NCBI GenBank assembly: GCA_963762115.1
Contig: CAVXJH010000003.1
Coordinates: 32,001 to 96,000, forward strand
Length of the DNA: 64,000 nt
Reading direction: 5' to 3'
DNA from: Candidatus Babeliales bacterium
GTDB taxonomy: Bacteria; Babelota; Babeliae; Babelales; JANWKD01
Both the position numbers and the translations under genes were made by a program. Shown here piece after piece: positions 40,636-50,893 of this stretch. The notes below the pieces were generated by a model. The model made no database searches. It worked only from the letters and a program-made list of their open reading frames with translations, and was not told the DNA's origin. Every line of letters begins with the position of its first letter. The stretch's first letter is position 1.

Positions 40636-40842
40636 AAGTATTGTTCCTCCATCTTTTGATACTTTGAATAGTAATAAATAAGTTGTTATGCAATACATGC
40701 ATACTAGTAATTATAATAAATAAATAACATAAGTCAAATTTTATAAAAATTTACAAATAGAAAAGATGTGTTTTGCTTTGTGCAGAGATTAATAGGCTTT
40801 TTTTATTGATTAATTAGCTACATCAAAGGGGAAAGTGTGACG

Positions 40843-41412
40843 TTATATTTGCCGTCTTTGTAAATTTCTTATGAAATCTCTTCGTGTAGGGTTTTCTGCC
40901 TTGGTGGTTCCTAGGTAAAAAGCTGCAGAATAGAGATCATTATTGGTCCACCAACTGCCCAAAATGCAATTTTTTCTCTGTTTTGTACTGAGATAGACTG
41001 AGATTTCAGTCACATTTTGTAGGGTTAAGCCATGTTTTTTGCAAAGCTCTTGTAAGATTATTGCTAGTTTTTGTTGATCGTAGGGGTGTGATCTGCCTCC
41101 AAAATAGCCACTTCTGCTATTTTCAAGTTGCAGATAGGTAGTTGTGCCGTCCTCTGTAACGATCTTGATGTGATCAAGGTGTTTCCTTCTTTTTAATTCT
41201 TCTGCTTTAGCTCGTTTTTTGGATTTTTTACTTCTTTCAAGGCGTGCAATCCGTTTATTTTTTTGTTCAATAATTCTTTTTTTTAAGGAGGCTAGGAACA
41301 ATGCCTCTTGGGCTGGAGCGGCATTTTTAAGGCTTTTGAGGGCATGAGTAGGGATAAAAATCGTGATTGTTATAATGAGTAGAAATAGAGTGTTTTTTAG
41401 TACAATGTTCAT
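40843..41412 (-). CDS. Basic secreted hypothetical protein
   Basis: Signal peptide ending THA; K/R-rich stretch. Confidence 0.72.
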   Translation of the reverse strand: MNIVLKNTLFLLIITITIFIPTHALKSLKNAAPAQEALFLASLKKRIIEQKNKRIARLERSKKSKKRAKAEELKRRKHLDHIKIVTEDGTTTYLQLENSRSGYFGGRSHPYDQQKLAIILQELCKKHGLTLQNVTEISVYLSTKQRKNCILGSWWTNNDLYSAAFYLGTTKAENPTRRDFIRNLQRRQI

Positions 41413-41588
41413 AAGTATCCGTTTTTTTAAGGTTGTTTTTTTTAAAATAGCAAAATGAGAGAAAATAATAAAATATGAAGGGTATTCAAGTTTTATAGTC
41501 TATTTTGGTGTTAATTGTAAGAAGGCTAAATTTATATATACTAATATAAGTAAACTATATTAAAAATACTGTATTTATGGGGTTTTTT

Positions 41589-42050
41589 ATGATAAATAAA
41601 AATTTTTTATGGGTGTTTTTTTGTGTGGCTTCTTTAGGTTCTATTAATTTAGTCAAAGCTGAATCAACATATTCCAGACAGGAACGTGAATATCAGTTGT
41701 TACTATTAAAGCCCGAATTTGCGCATTTTAAAAAACAGTTGCTTATTGATAAAGAATGGGCAGAAAGACATAATATTAATATTGATGATCATCTAAAAAA
41801 GATGTTTAAGGATGCAGCTGAGAATGCTAATTGGGTAAAAGCGAGAATTGTTCACGAAGTTTTTAATAAGACGCAGGAAAAATATTATAGCTTAGGTGAT
41901 ATGATTAATGTTGTTTATGGAGATAAAGAAGAGAAACATGAAAATGAGCAAGAAAAAAGTAAGAAAAGCGATGATGGGATTATTAAATATGTTAATGGTT
42001 ATGCAATGTTGGAAAAAGATGGTAATCAATATTTTGTAGTTAATAATTAA
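41589..42050 (+). CDS. Secreted hypothetical protein
   Basis: Signal peptide ending VKA. Confidence 0.7.
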   Translation: MINKNFLWVFFCVASLGSINLVKAESTYSRQEREYQLLLLKPEFAHFKKQLLIDKEWAERHNINIDDHLKKMFKDAAENANWVKARIVHEVFNKTQEKYYSLGDMINVVYGDKEEKHENEQEKSKKSDDGIIKYVNGYAMLEKDGNQYFVVNN

Positions 42051-42058
42051 GGTTTGTT

Positions 42059-42808
42059 ATGAATAAAAAGTTTAGTGTTTTATTTTTAAGTTTAATTATT
42101 GCGAATTATCATGTTAGTTTTGGTAAAAAGACAATTGGACCCAGAACTGTTAATACAGGAACTTTACTTGAAAATATTGATAGAAGATTACAAAATGCAG
42201 CTGCGCATGGAAAATTAAAAAAAGTAGAATCATTGATAAATCGTGGTGCTAATGTTAATGCGCAAGATGGTGATGGCCTCACTCCTTTACATTTAGCAGC
42301 AATGTATAGCCATGAAAGTGTTGTTGAAACATTGTTAAAAAACAAAGCTCGTGTTGATATAAATAATGATAATGGCGCAACTCCTTTGATAATGGCGGTA
42401 GCATCAAAAAATATCAATATTATCCGTTTATTGCTTAATGGTAATGAAAGTCTGGTGACAAAAGATTACAATGGCAAAACGGTTTTTTATGTGGATCAAT
42501 GTTCTAAATTCAATAAAAATGCTTTAATGCTAGCCGTTGCTATAGAAGATGAAGAGGCGGTGGAGTTATTATTGGAAAAGGGAGCATTGCCATTCAATAA
42601 TTGTGGGTGTTTTGCATATCTTTCTCAAGATACTAGTAATTTAAGGATTATGGAAAGATTAATAAGAAGGGAAAGAGCATTGAAGGAATCCAACAAAATG
42701 TTTACTAGAACTGGTAGAACATTTGTGTCGGAAGCTTTTATGGGCGAAATACGCAAAAGCCTTAATAAAGAAAAGGTAGATTTAGCTGATGAATCTGCTT
42801 CAAAATAG
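42059..42808 (+). CDS. Secreted ankyrin repeat protein
   Basis: GANVNAQDGDGLTPLHLAA, GATPLIMAV, NALMLAV. Confidence 0.93.
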   Translation: MNKKFSVLFLSLIIANYHVSFGKKTIGPRTVNTGTLLENIDRRLQNAAAHGKLKKVESLINRGANVNAQDGDGLTPLHLAAMYSHESVVETLLKNKARVDINNDNGATPLIMAVASKNINIIRLLLNGNESLVTKDYNGKTVFYVDQCSKFNKNALMLAVAIEDEEAVELLLEKGALPFNNCGCFAYLSQDTSNLRIMERLIRRERALKESNKMFTRTGRTFVSEAFMGEIRKSLNKEKVDLADESASK

Positions 42809-42824
42809 TTAATTGAATACTAAA

Positions 42825-42873
42825 ATAATAGGAATAAGCGAAAAAAGATTGTTTTTTTGTTTGTTCCTATTAT
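42825..42873 (+). terminator. Possible terminator hairpin after the ankyrin gene
   Basis: ATAATAGGAA.../...TTCCTATTAT long stem with G-U pairs. Confidence 0.55.
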
Positions 42874-42921
42874 CATTTTAAAGTAGATGTTAATAAAATC
42901 ATAAAAATAGCAGTTGTCTCT

Positions 42922-43500
42922 ATGATAGTACTTTTTTTGCCTAGTATCGCCTATTTAATTGGCGCAATTCCAATGGGATTCATAATCGCCCGTTGTGCAG
43001 GTTTTGCTGATATAACGCAGCTTGGTTCTGGTAATATTGGTGCAACCAATGTTGCCCGCATTGCAGGGAAAAAATACTTTCTTTTGGTTTTTTTAGCTGA
43101 CGCGGCAAAGGCATTTTTATATCTTTATTTTTTGCAATGTTGCGAAGTTGCTCTTTCTATGCAATATCTGTGCGCATTATTTCTCATTTTAGGCAATAGT
43201 TTTTCTCTTTTTTTGGGTGGAAAAGGTGGCAAAGGTGTTGCAACTTCGGTTGGCATTATGGCGGCTTTCAATATATACGTGCTTTGTGCAATGCTTTTTT
43301 TGTGGCTTTGCGGTGTTATGAAAACACGTAATATTGGTATATCATCAGTTATAACGCTTTTTTTGTTGCCAATTTTTGTTTTTGTTTTAGTTCAACAAAT
43401 CACTGATTTTTTTCTGCTTACTCTATTTATTTCTTGGTGGGGGATCTGGCGACATGCAGAAAATATTAAACAATTTCTTAAAAGTTTTGAAGCGGCATAA
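42922..43500 (+). CDS. plsY: Glycerol-3-phosphate acyltransferase
   Basis: YLIGAIP, GSGNIGATNVAR, GGKGVAT, RHAENI. Confidence 0.95.
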   Translation: MIVLFLPSIAYLIGAIPMGFIIARCAGFADITQLGSGNIGATNVARIAGKKYFLLVFLADAAKAFLYLYFLQCCEVALSMQYLCALFLILGNSFSLFLGGKGGKGVATSVGIMAAFNIYVLCAMLFLWLCGVMKTRNIGISSVITLFLLPIFVFVLVQQITDFFLLTLFISWWGIWRHAENIKQFLKSFEAA

Positions 43501-43609
43501 TATTTTTTTTGTTGTAATTGTTGTAGGGTGCATTTTTTTGCACTGTTCAATGAGCCGTGATATGGTGAATACAAACATCTATGCATCTAAAAATATACAT
43601 GAGGTATCA

Positions 43610-45364
43610 ATGAATTTTAAAAGTGTGGCAGAAGTTTTTGATGCCATTAATCAAGTAAGTTCTCGTTTACAAATTACTGAGTTGCTCGCCAATTTATTCA
43701 AAAAAGCTACGCCAACTGAGGCGCGAATATTAAGTAATATCTCGTTGGGTATGTTGCGTCCGCCGTATGAAGGCACGCAATTTAATATTGCTCAAAAAAG
43801 TATGATAAAAATTATTGCATCATTAACTCATCACACCGTTGCTACTATTGAGCATGAATCAAAAAAATTGGGTGATTTGGGATTGGTTGTTTCAGCGTTA
43901 TATAAAGATCAATCTGAACAATCAATGACGGTGTTACAAGTATTCAAAAAACTTGAAGAACTTGAAGCAATTAGTGGCACTGGTTCGCAAGAAGAACGCC
44001 TTCAGTTGATTGTTGCGTTGCTCAATGATCTTGATCCTTTATCTGCTCAATATGTTGTTTCAATTATTTTAGGCACTTTGCGACTTGGTTTTTCTGATAT
44101 GACCATTATTGATGCTTTATCATGGATGGAAGTTGGTGATAAGAGTATTCGATCTGAACTTGAGACGGCGTATAATATTTGTGCTGATATTGGTTTGATT
44201 GCGCAAACGCTCAAAGAAGGGGGCTTAAAAGCAATTAAACATATGAAAACAACGGTGGGCATACCAATTCGGCTTGCGGCTGCAGAACGATTGCCAAATG
44301 CGGAGGCAGTTTTTGAAAAAATTGGTAAATGCATTGCGCAGCCAAAACTTGATGGCTTCCGATTGCAAGTGCATCTTGATAAAACACATCCAAGAAAACC
44401 TATCATTAAATTCTTTTCTCGTAATCTTATTGATATGTCAGCTATGTTCCCTGATTTGGTGAGTGCTTTTGAAGAGCTCGATGTGGAAACATTAATTGTA
44501 GAAGGTGAAGCAATTGCTTATGAACCGGAAACAGGAAGTTTTGTGCCATTCCAAGAAACAGTAAAACGAAAAAGAAAACATAATATTGAAAAAGCTGCAG
44601 AGGATTTGCCCTTGCAGTTATTTTTGTTTGATATTCTCTATTTAAATGGTCATGAATTGATTAATGAGCCGCATGCAACGCGGCGTGATAAACTAGCTCA
44701 TCTTTTAAAGAAAAATGTGGATCCTGCACTTAAACTTATTCCAGAAGTTGAAATTAAATCAGCAAAAAGTCTTGAGCATTATTTTTATGAAAATGTTTCA
44801 GCAGGCCTTGAAGGTGTTATGATAAAAAAGGATGATGCTGTGTATCAGGCTGGTAAAAGAAATTTTAATTGGATTAAGTTAAAACGGATTACGCAAAGTC
44901 ATTTGGAAGATACGATTGACACGGTAATTTTGGGGTATTATCCAGGTGCAGGCAAACGTGTTCATTTTGGTATTGGCGCATTTTTAGTTGGTGTTTATAA
45001 CAAATCAACTGATTCCTATCAAACAGTTGCCAAAGTTGGTACTGGGTTAAAAGATGATGAGTGGAAAGAGTTACGCATGAAATGTGATACATTACGCGTT
45101 GCCAAAAAACCTATTAACGTTGATTGTGCCAAAGAATTGTATCCTGATGTGTGGGTGAATCCGGAACTTGTTTGTGTTGTTCGAGCAGATGAGATTACCT
45201 TATCACCATTACATACCGCCGGCAAAACTGATGAGAAGCTTGGATTTGCTTTAAGGTTTCCCCGTTTTATGGGTTATCGGCCTGATAAAGATGCTGAGCA
45301 AACAACATCGCCAAAGGAATTGGCACAGCTCTATAAAGATCAATATGAAAAAACTCAAAAATAG
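43610..45364 (+). CDS. ATP-dependent DNA ligase with N-terminal DNA-binding domain
   Basis: GAGGT SD; motif I PKLDGFR, EGE, FDILY, EGVMIK, WIKLK, LRFPRF. Confidence 0.95.
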   Translation: MNFKSVAEVFDAINQVSSRLQITELLANLFKKATPTEARILSNISLGMLRPPYEGTQFNIAQKSMIKIIASLTHHTVATIEHESKKLGDLGLVVSALYKDQSEQSMTVLQVFKKLEELEAISGTGSQEERLQLIVALLNDLDPLSAQYVVSIILGTLRLGFSDMTIIDALSWMEVGDKSIRSELETAYNICADIGLIAQTLKEGGLKAIKHMKTTVGIPIRLAAAERLPNAEAVFEKIGKCIAQPKLDGFRLQVHLDKTHPRKPIIKFFSRNLIDMSAMFPDLVSAFEELDVETLIVEGEAIAYEPETGSFVPFQETVKRKRKHNIEKAAEDLPLQLFLFDILYLNGHELINEPHATRRDKLAHLLKKNVDPALKLIPEVEIKSAKSLEHYFYENVSAGLEGVMIKKDDAVYQAGKRNFNWIKLKRITQSHLEDTIDTVILGYYPGAGKRVHFGIGAFLVGVYNKSTDSYQTVAKVGTGLKDDEWKELRMKCDTLRVAKKPINVDCAKELYPDVWVNPELVCVVRADEITLSPLHTAGKTDEKLGFALRFPRFMGYRPDKDAEQTTSPKELAQLYKDQYEKTQK

Positions 45365-45449
45365 AAACAATGGTAAAATCTTGTTTTATTAGTTCTTTAT
45401 AGCCTACAGTAAATCAAAAAGTAATTATTTTGATTGTAAGGAGAGTGCG

Positions 45450-48400
45450 GTGAAGATTGTAGTAGTAATAAGTAGTCTATTCTTTTTAATCTTTTCTTTA
45501 CAATCACAATCAAATGAGTGTGATACAACTCAATTTGTTGATTGTGCGGGTGAACAATGTGTTCTTGCTGATCTTACTCAATCATATCAAACGGCACTTA
45601 GTTTACTTTCTTGTCTGGAAAAAGAAATACAACAGCTGCCGCAACAAAATCAAATTAGTTTAAAAAAAGAGTCAAATGATGCAAAAATAGCTATTGAGAC
45701 ATTGTATAAAGAAAATACAACAGCAATTGGTCTTTATACAAGTCGTCCTGAACCATTTAGAGGACGAGCCATTAATGCACAAATACGATCTGGCAAGCAG
45801 GCTATTGAATCCAAGGTTAATAAATTACAAACTATCGTTAGTAGTACGCAAAATGCGTTAGGATATACTAAAAAAGCTGAAGAAGATAAACAAAAACGGA
45901 TTAAAGCTGCAAAAGAAGCTGCTGCCTATCACGCTTCTATGATGAAGCTGTTTCAAGATTTAAAACCACTTATGGCGACGTTTAATACTATTTCAGCAGA
46001 AAATTATGCTATTATTTCAGATCTTTATAAAGCAAAAAACTTTGAAGCAAGTTTTGTACCTCGTATTGTAAAAGTCACGCAAGAGTGGCAAAAACTTACA
46101 CAACAATTTTCTGAAATATATCAAAAAAACAAGCAACCAATTGCTATTGATGATACAACAAATTATGTAGTATTGAGTATTCGCGCATTGATATATTTTT
46201 ATTCTAATCTTTTAGAAATGCAACTTACTAACATTAATCGTTTGAAAAGAAATGATGCGTATCCGTTCTATAGTTCATTAGTAACACAATTATTGGGAAC
46301 GGGAAAAAGTGCTGATGTTCAGGGGTTGGGGTATGATGCCACTATAAAAAATCTTATTGCAACCTATTTTAAAGACGATCAAGCATATCTGAATAAAGTG
46401 TATTTACAAACAAAAGTAAATTTAACCTATAATCGCTATAAATCATTATTAAATGGCTTGATTGCCCGTGGGGTTGATCCAGAAAAACAGTTGGTTTATG
46501 CTGAGCAATTTTATGCATTAATTATGAGCGATAATAAAGCTTTACCTGCAAATCAACAAGCGGTTGATGCTCGAGCTGCAAGCAGTACTCTTGCATTGTT
46601 ATATGTATTAAGTGCGCAAGCGCAGATGAAAAAAATGCGTCTTGATAAAGATACGCAACCAATGCGTGAAATGGCAATCGCGTATTATAAAAAAGCCGCT
46701 GGTTATTATAAAATCGCTGGTGATGGGAATAATGAACAAAATTGTATTGGTTTATATACTAATTTAACACAAGCGACAGCACTGTTAAAGCAAGCAGAAT
46801 CGGCAAAAAAAAGTAATGATTTAAAGAATGCAATCGATCTTTATACGCAAGCACAAGCGGCATTTCAAAATGCAGGAGATACTGTTGATGCCAGCACAAC
46901 TTCGCTTGTGTTGCTTGATGTTGAAGCGCAATATTATCTTGATCAAGCAAAATCGGTTAGTGATGCTCTGGAAAAAAAAGCGGTAGTATTTACTGATGTG
47001 GTGGTTTCGAGTGGTTCTCCAACCATTGTTCCAGAAAAGAATGCTGCATTTACGACTTTTATTGCTACGTTGAATGAATCTTATAAAAATATTTTTCAAT
47101 ATTATTTAAATATTGTAACAGGGTATCAAACTCGCGCAGACCAAGATTCTTTAACAGCCCCTTCACAGGAAGTGGTAACGCGTGTGCATGTGCTTAATCT
47201 TGCTGCATCAGCAGTACAAAAAATTATCGAAGCAAATACGTTGTTAGTGAACGGGGATGCTGCTCTCAATGCAGGCTCTATCGCTGCTGCTCAAGAATCT
47301 TATAAATCAGCTGTTGTTTTATATCAATTGGCTGATGAATTATATGTAAAAAATCCACAACTTGTTGGCTATATACCGTTGTATCCAGCAACACTTTCTC
47401 TTGATAAAACCACTTCATGGAGTTATGCGCTTATTGCTCAGCGTCATATTACTAAAATGTTTGTTGAGTTAGCAGCTAAAACCACCGATTTAGTGTTAGC
47501 ATTTCATTATTATACGAATGCACAATTGAGAAATCATTATTTAAGCCAAGAAATGCAGCAATTTTTGGATGAAGCGATAAAAAAAATTATGGCACAACCT
47601 GGCATTATGCAAGAGATTTATGCAGCAGCTCAAAAAGCAGAAAAGGAAGCTTTAGCATTATCATCAGATGCTTGGAAAGCCACCATTGGTGTTGGTTATA
47701 GTTCATCGGCTGATAGTGCTTGGGAGCAAGTGCTTCGATTTTATAGCGCATTATATAAAAATGGTGATACGCAGATTAGAGCTGATTATGTAAAAGCAAT
47801 TGATGAATATGCACTGGCATTTGGCACTCATGTCCCTGAATCTTATTATCCAGCATTGGGAACAGCTTTAATTCGTTATCACTCATATGTTCTCTCTATG
47901 GTTGAAAATGATGAAAAGCAAGCTGAACTGGTGTTAAAAAGTATTGATGAGTTAATAGTGCCTTTTTTCCAAACGGTTGAATCATTGGTTGCTGCTGTTG
48001 ACAACAACAGTTTGCTTACTTCTTCATCGGGAAATCAAGAAGAAGTTTTACGTTGGCAACAACGGTTTGATCAAGCATTAGTCCAACAGGAAGATGTATT
48101 AGATGAATTAGCGCAAAACATTGCTCTTGATCAACGAAAAGTCTTGTTATTGTTAGAAAAAACTGTTGACGCACAAGAGGCAATAACTGATACATTCTTG
48201 CCGGCAAAAAAATCAGTTATTTTGGCTAATCCGCCTCTTAAATTAGCTGACGTCACTAAACAATTGGGAGATTATTATTTTCAAAAAAAAGACTATATTT
48301 TGGCGTACCCATGCTATGCAGATGCACAAAATCAATATAAAAATGGTAATAGATATGATAAAGTAACCACTTTGCAACAGCAATTTGATAGTGCAAAAAC

Positions 48401-50399
48401 ACTGTATTATGGTTCATTGTATCGTGATAGTGTTTTGCCACAAGGTTCAATTAAATTTGATTCTTTTAGCGCACCAGCTTCTTATGATTTGAAGATGTAT
48501 AAACAACCGGTGCCAAAAATTGTTGCTGATCAATTTCCTTCTGATGCAACAATAAAAGGGTATTCCAAGGAACAAGTTTCCCAATTTACAATTTCTGTGA
48601 TGATCGATATCTATCTTTATTGGTGGATTAAAGATGCTTTTGGTGAATCAATGTATGCGCAATTGATTGAAGTTATGAAGTCATCATTAGGAAAAGAAAA
48701 AAATGCTATTATTGCCGCGGTAGCAGCTGTTCTTGATGATGAAGATGATCAAGCAAATTGCGTTAATATTATCATGAATGCAAAACAATTTCGTAAAGAG
48801 TTGACTGATCGGGTTGCGCAGAAAAAGACATCATTTTCATTGGAACAAGTGCATGCAAAGGACGGTACTCTTGAATATATCTTATATGAGCTGTACATTC
48901 CAATGCCACAATTTCCTATGGCGCAAATAGATACAACAACTATGTTTTATTTAGAATACCCTTCTGCAAGTTTATTTTACTTGTGGTCTTCTTTGCTTTT
49001 TGCCCCGGGTAAGGATCGTGTTGTAGTGAATAGAGCTTCTTTCACGCCTGGTAATCGTCCTGATCTTTATCAAGAAATACTCGATAAAACTCTTGAGCTT
49101 TATTTTTCAAAGGCGTATGAATATCAGATAAAAATTAATGAACTCAAGGCGAGTGATGCGTATAAAAAACTAATAAAAATGAATAAAAATGATATGTCGG
49201 TAAAAATTGCTGATTATCTAGATTTGCTGAATGGTATAAAAGATAATTATCAGCAAATGATTCTCAATTGTGATAATGCTCTTAATCAAAATTTTATTGA
49301 TAGAACGAGTGCTAAAGGAAAAAGCATAAATACATTAGTTGGCGAATTATGTAAAAAATTGGGCGATGAATTAAGTGTATTTTTAATTGGTGATCCTCGA
49401 TCCGCGGATTATCATGTAACGGTGTTGGATTCTATTTCGGCAGCTTATATCAATGCCATTATCAATTATGGTTATGATCAGAATCTTTATAAAAAATATG
49501 CGGAGTATTGTAAAAATGGTGGCGATATTTTGGTGCAACAGGGTATGTTTTTTGTATCTTCACGATTGTATGTAAAAGCAGAAAAGGCATATCGCAATAT
49601 TACCCCACAAACACCTGAGTTAAGTGCACTTGCTGATGCAGTCGCATTATTGCGATTACAAAATGTTTGTAAGGCCGCAACAATAAATGTTGGACAGTAC
49701 CTTGATGCACGAGTAAATGGTGTGACGATAAAAAATGATGATGGAACAACAACCCAGAAATCGCTTGATCAGATTATTGCTGATTATAATGCGGCCTTGC
49801 AGCAATCAGGTGGCGCAGAAGGTGTAACAGGGCTTGATGCACAATCGACAAAAGCGCTGAATGATTTAAAAGGTAATTTCCTTGATGCGCTCATTTTTTA
49901 TTCAGGTTCTGTCCTCGGTTCAAAAGAACAGTATGTCTTGGGGTTTAGCTTGTTAGCGCAAGGTAATGCCGATAAAATAGATGATTCTGTTATAAAAGAA
50001 TCTGGGAATATGGTGAACGAGTATATGCAAAAAAATGGTATTATTTTTAAAAATGAAATTTCAGTTGATGCGGTAACAACAATCACCTTAGCATTGCAGC
50101 GTTCAAATTTTCCCGATGGTAAAACTATAGCTGAGGTCATTCAACATGGCTTTGATGGCTTTGTGAAAAAGGCTACGTCAACTACGCAAAAAGCAACGGC
50201 CTATCAAGCGTTATCAACCTGGTGTTCATTGCTTTATACGAGTTTTGGCTCATTATATATTAATGACTTTTTGGGTGGCATGCCAACCAAACCTGAAGAC
50301 CTCGTTGCTGCAGTTAGTAATTTAAAAGTTAACGTTGAGACCGAAACAAACGCTATGAATAGTGCAACATGGCAATATATTGATACTGACAATACATAA
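45450..50399 (+). CDS. Very large secreted all-helical (TPR/SNAP-like) hypothetical protein
   Basis: AGGAG SD + GTG; signal peptide; Ala/Tyr-rich helical repeats (YYKKAAGYYKIAG, LYTQAQAAFQNAG). Confidence 0.85.
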   Translation: MKIVVVISSLFFLIFSLQSQSNECDTTQFVDCAGEQCVLADLTQSYQTALSLLSCLEKEIQQLPQQNQISLKKESNDAKIAIETLYKENTTAIGLYTSRPEPFRGRAINAQIRSGKQAIESKVNKLQTIVSSTQNALGYTKKAEEDKQKRIKAAKEAAAYHASMMKLFQDLKPLMATFNTISAENYAIISDLYKAKNFEASFVPRIVKVTQEWQKLTQQFSEIYQKNKQPIAIDDTTNYVVLSIRALIYFYSNLLEMQLTNINRLKRNDAYPFYSSLVTQLLGTGKSADVQGLGYDATIKNLIATYFKDDQAYLNKVYLQTKVNLTYNRYKSLLNGLIARGVDPEKQLVYAEQFYALIMSDNKALPANQQAVDARAASSTLALLYVLSAQAQMKKMRLDKDTQPMREMAIAYYKKAAGYYKIAGDGNNEQNCIGLYTNLTQATALLKQAESAKKSNDLKNAIDLYTQAQAAFQNAGDTVDASTTSLVLLDVEAQYYLDQAKSVSDALEKKAVVFTDVVVSSGSPTIVPEKNAAFTTFIATLNESYKNIFQYYLNIVTGYQTRADQDSLTAPSQEVVTRVHVLNLAASAVQKIIEANTLLVNGDAALNAGSIAAAQESYKSAVVLYQLADELYVKNPQLVGYIPLYPATLSLDKTTSWSYALIAQRHITKMFVELAAKTTDLVLAFHYYTNAQLRNHYLSQEMQQFLDEAIKKIMAQPGIMQEIYAAAQKAEKEALALSSDAWKATIGVGYSSSADSAWEQVLRFYSALYKNGDTQIRADYVKAIDEYALAFGTHVPESYYPALGTALIRYHSYVLSMVENDEKQAELVLKSIDELIVPFFQTVESLVAAVDNNSLLTSSSGNQEEVLRWQQRFDQALVQQEDVLDELAQNIALDQRKVLLLLEKTVDAQEAITDTFLPAKKSVILANPPLKLADVTKQLGDYYFQKKDYILAYPCYADAQNQYKNGNRYDKVTTLQQQFDSAKTLYYGSLYRDSVLPQGSIKFDSFSAPASYDLKMYKQPVPKIVADQFPSDATIKGYSKEQVSQFTISVMIDIYLYWWIKDAFGESMYAQLIEVMKSSLGKEKNAIIAAVAAVLDDEDDQANCVNIIMNAKQFRKELTDRVAQKKTSFSLEQVHAKDGTLEYILYELYIPMPQFPMAQIDTTTMFYLEYPSASLFYLWSSLLFAPGKDRVVVNRASFTPGNRPDLYQEILDKTLELYFSKAYEYQIKINELKASDAYKKLIKMNKNDMSVKIADYLDLLNGIKDNYQQMILNCDNALNQNFIDRTSAKGKSINTLVGELCKKLGDELSVFLIGDPRSADYHVTVLDSISAAYINAIINYGYDQNLYKKYAEYCKNGGDILVQQGMFFVSSRLYVKAEKAYRNITPQTPELSALADAVALLRLQNVCKAATINVGQYLDARVNGVTIKNDDGTTTQKSLDQIIADYNAALQQSGGAEGVTGLDAQSTKALNDLKGNFLDALIFYSGSVLGSKEQYVLGFSLLAQGNADKIDDSVIKESGNMVNEYMQKNGIIFKNEISVDAVTTITLALQRSNFPDGKTIAEVIQHGFDGFVKKATSTTQKATAYQALSTWCSLLYTSFGSLYINDFLGGMPTKPEDLVAAVSNLKVNVETETNAMNSATWQYIDTDNT

Positions 50400-50460
50400 T
50401 GCGAATTAATCTTATTAATCAGTCAAGTTAATACTTTGTTGATGATAAAATAATCAAAGA

Positions 50461-50582
50461 TGTCATTGCGAACCCTGCTTTCAATAAGCAGGGTGTGGCA
50501 ACCCAGAATTTTGGTAAATTTTTTTTTAATGAACTAATTTTATTATCTGGGTCACCACGTCACTATGTGACTCGTGATGACA
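50461..50582. repeat. RPE-like palindromic repeat, full copy
   Basis: TGTCATTGCGA..GTGGCAACCCAG / CTGGGTCACCACG..CTCGTGATGACA. Confidence 0.85.
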
Positions 50583-50702
50583 ACGGTGATTATTTCGTTT
50601 ATTTTGAATATCGAGTTTGCGTTAATGATAAATTAAACGGCGCCCTTCATGTATGAACAATTTGTAGTTCAAATAAAGGGAAAATAAATAGAATTTTATA
50701 CG

Positions 50703-50740
50703 CTGGGTTCCCACGGCACAACGTGCCTCGGAATGACATT
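50703..50740. repeat. RPE-like repeat, isolated right arm
   Basis: CTGGGTTCCCACGGCACAACGTGCCTCGGAATGACATT. Confidence 0.75.
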
Positions 50741-50810
50741 GCAGGGCTTTGTCAGTTATAGTTGATTACCATGTTTTCTAAATTTTTTATCGAAGTCACA
50801 TTAAATAATC

Positions 50811-50838
50811 AGGAATGTCATTGCATAATGACATTCTT
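50811..50838. repeat. Collapsed RPE-like repeat (termini only) forming a hairpin
   Basis: AGGAATGTCATT-GCAT-AATGACATTCTT preceded by the same AAATAATC as the 50461 copy. Confidence 0.6.
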
Positions 50839-50893
50839 GTAAAACTTAGTTTTGATAAAAATTATTTATTGTGCACATTAACATTCGTATGCG

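Noticed and set aside
43454..43609. Signal-like extension of the DNA ligase suggesting export
   Set aside because: Overlaps plsY; a good SD (GAGGT) precedes ATG 43610 where the ligase domain begins
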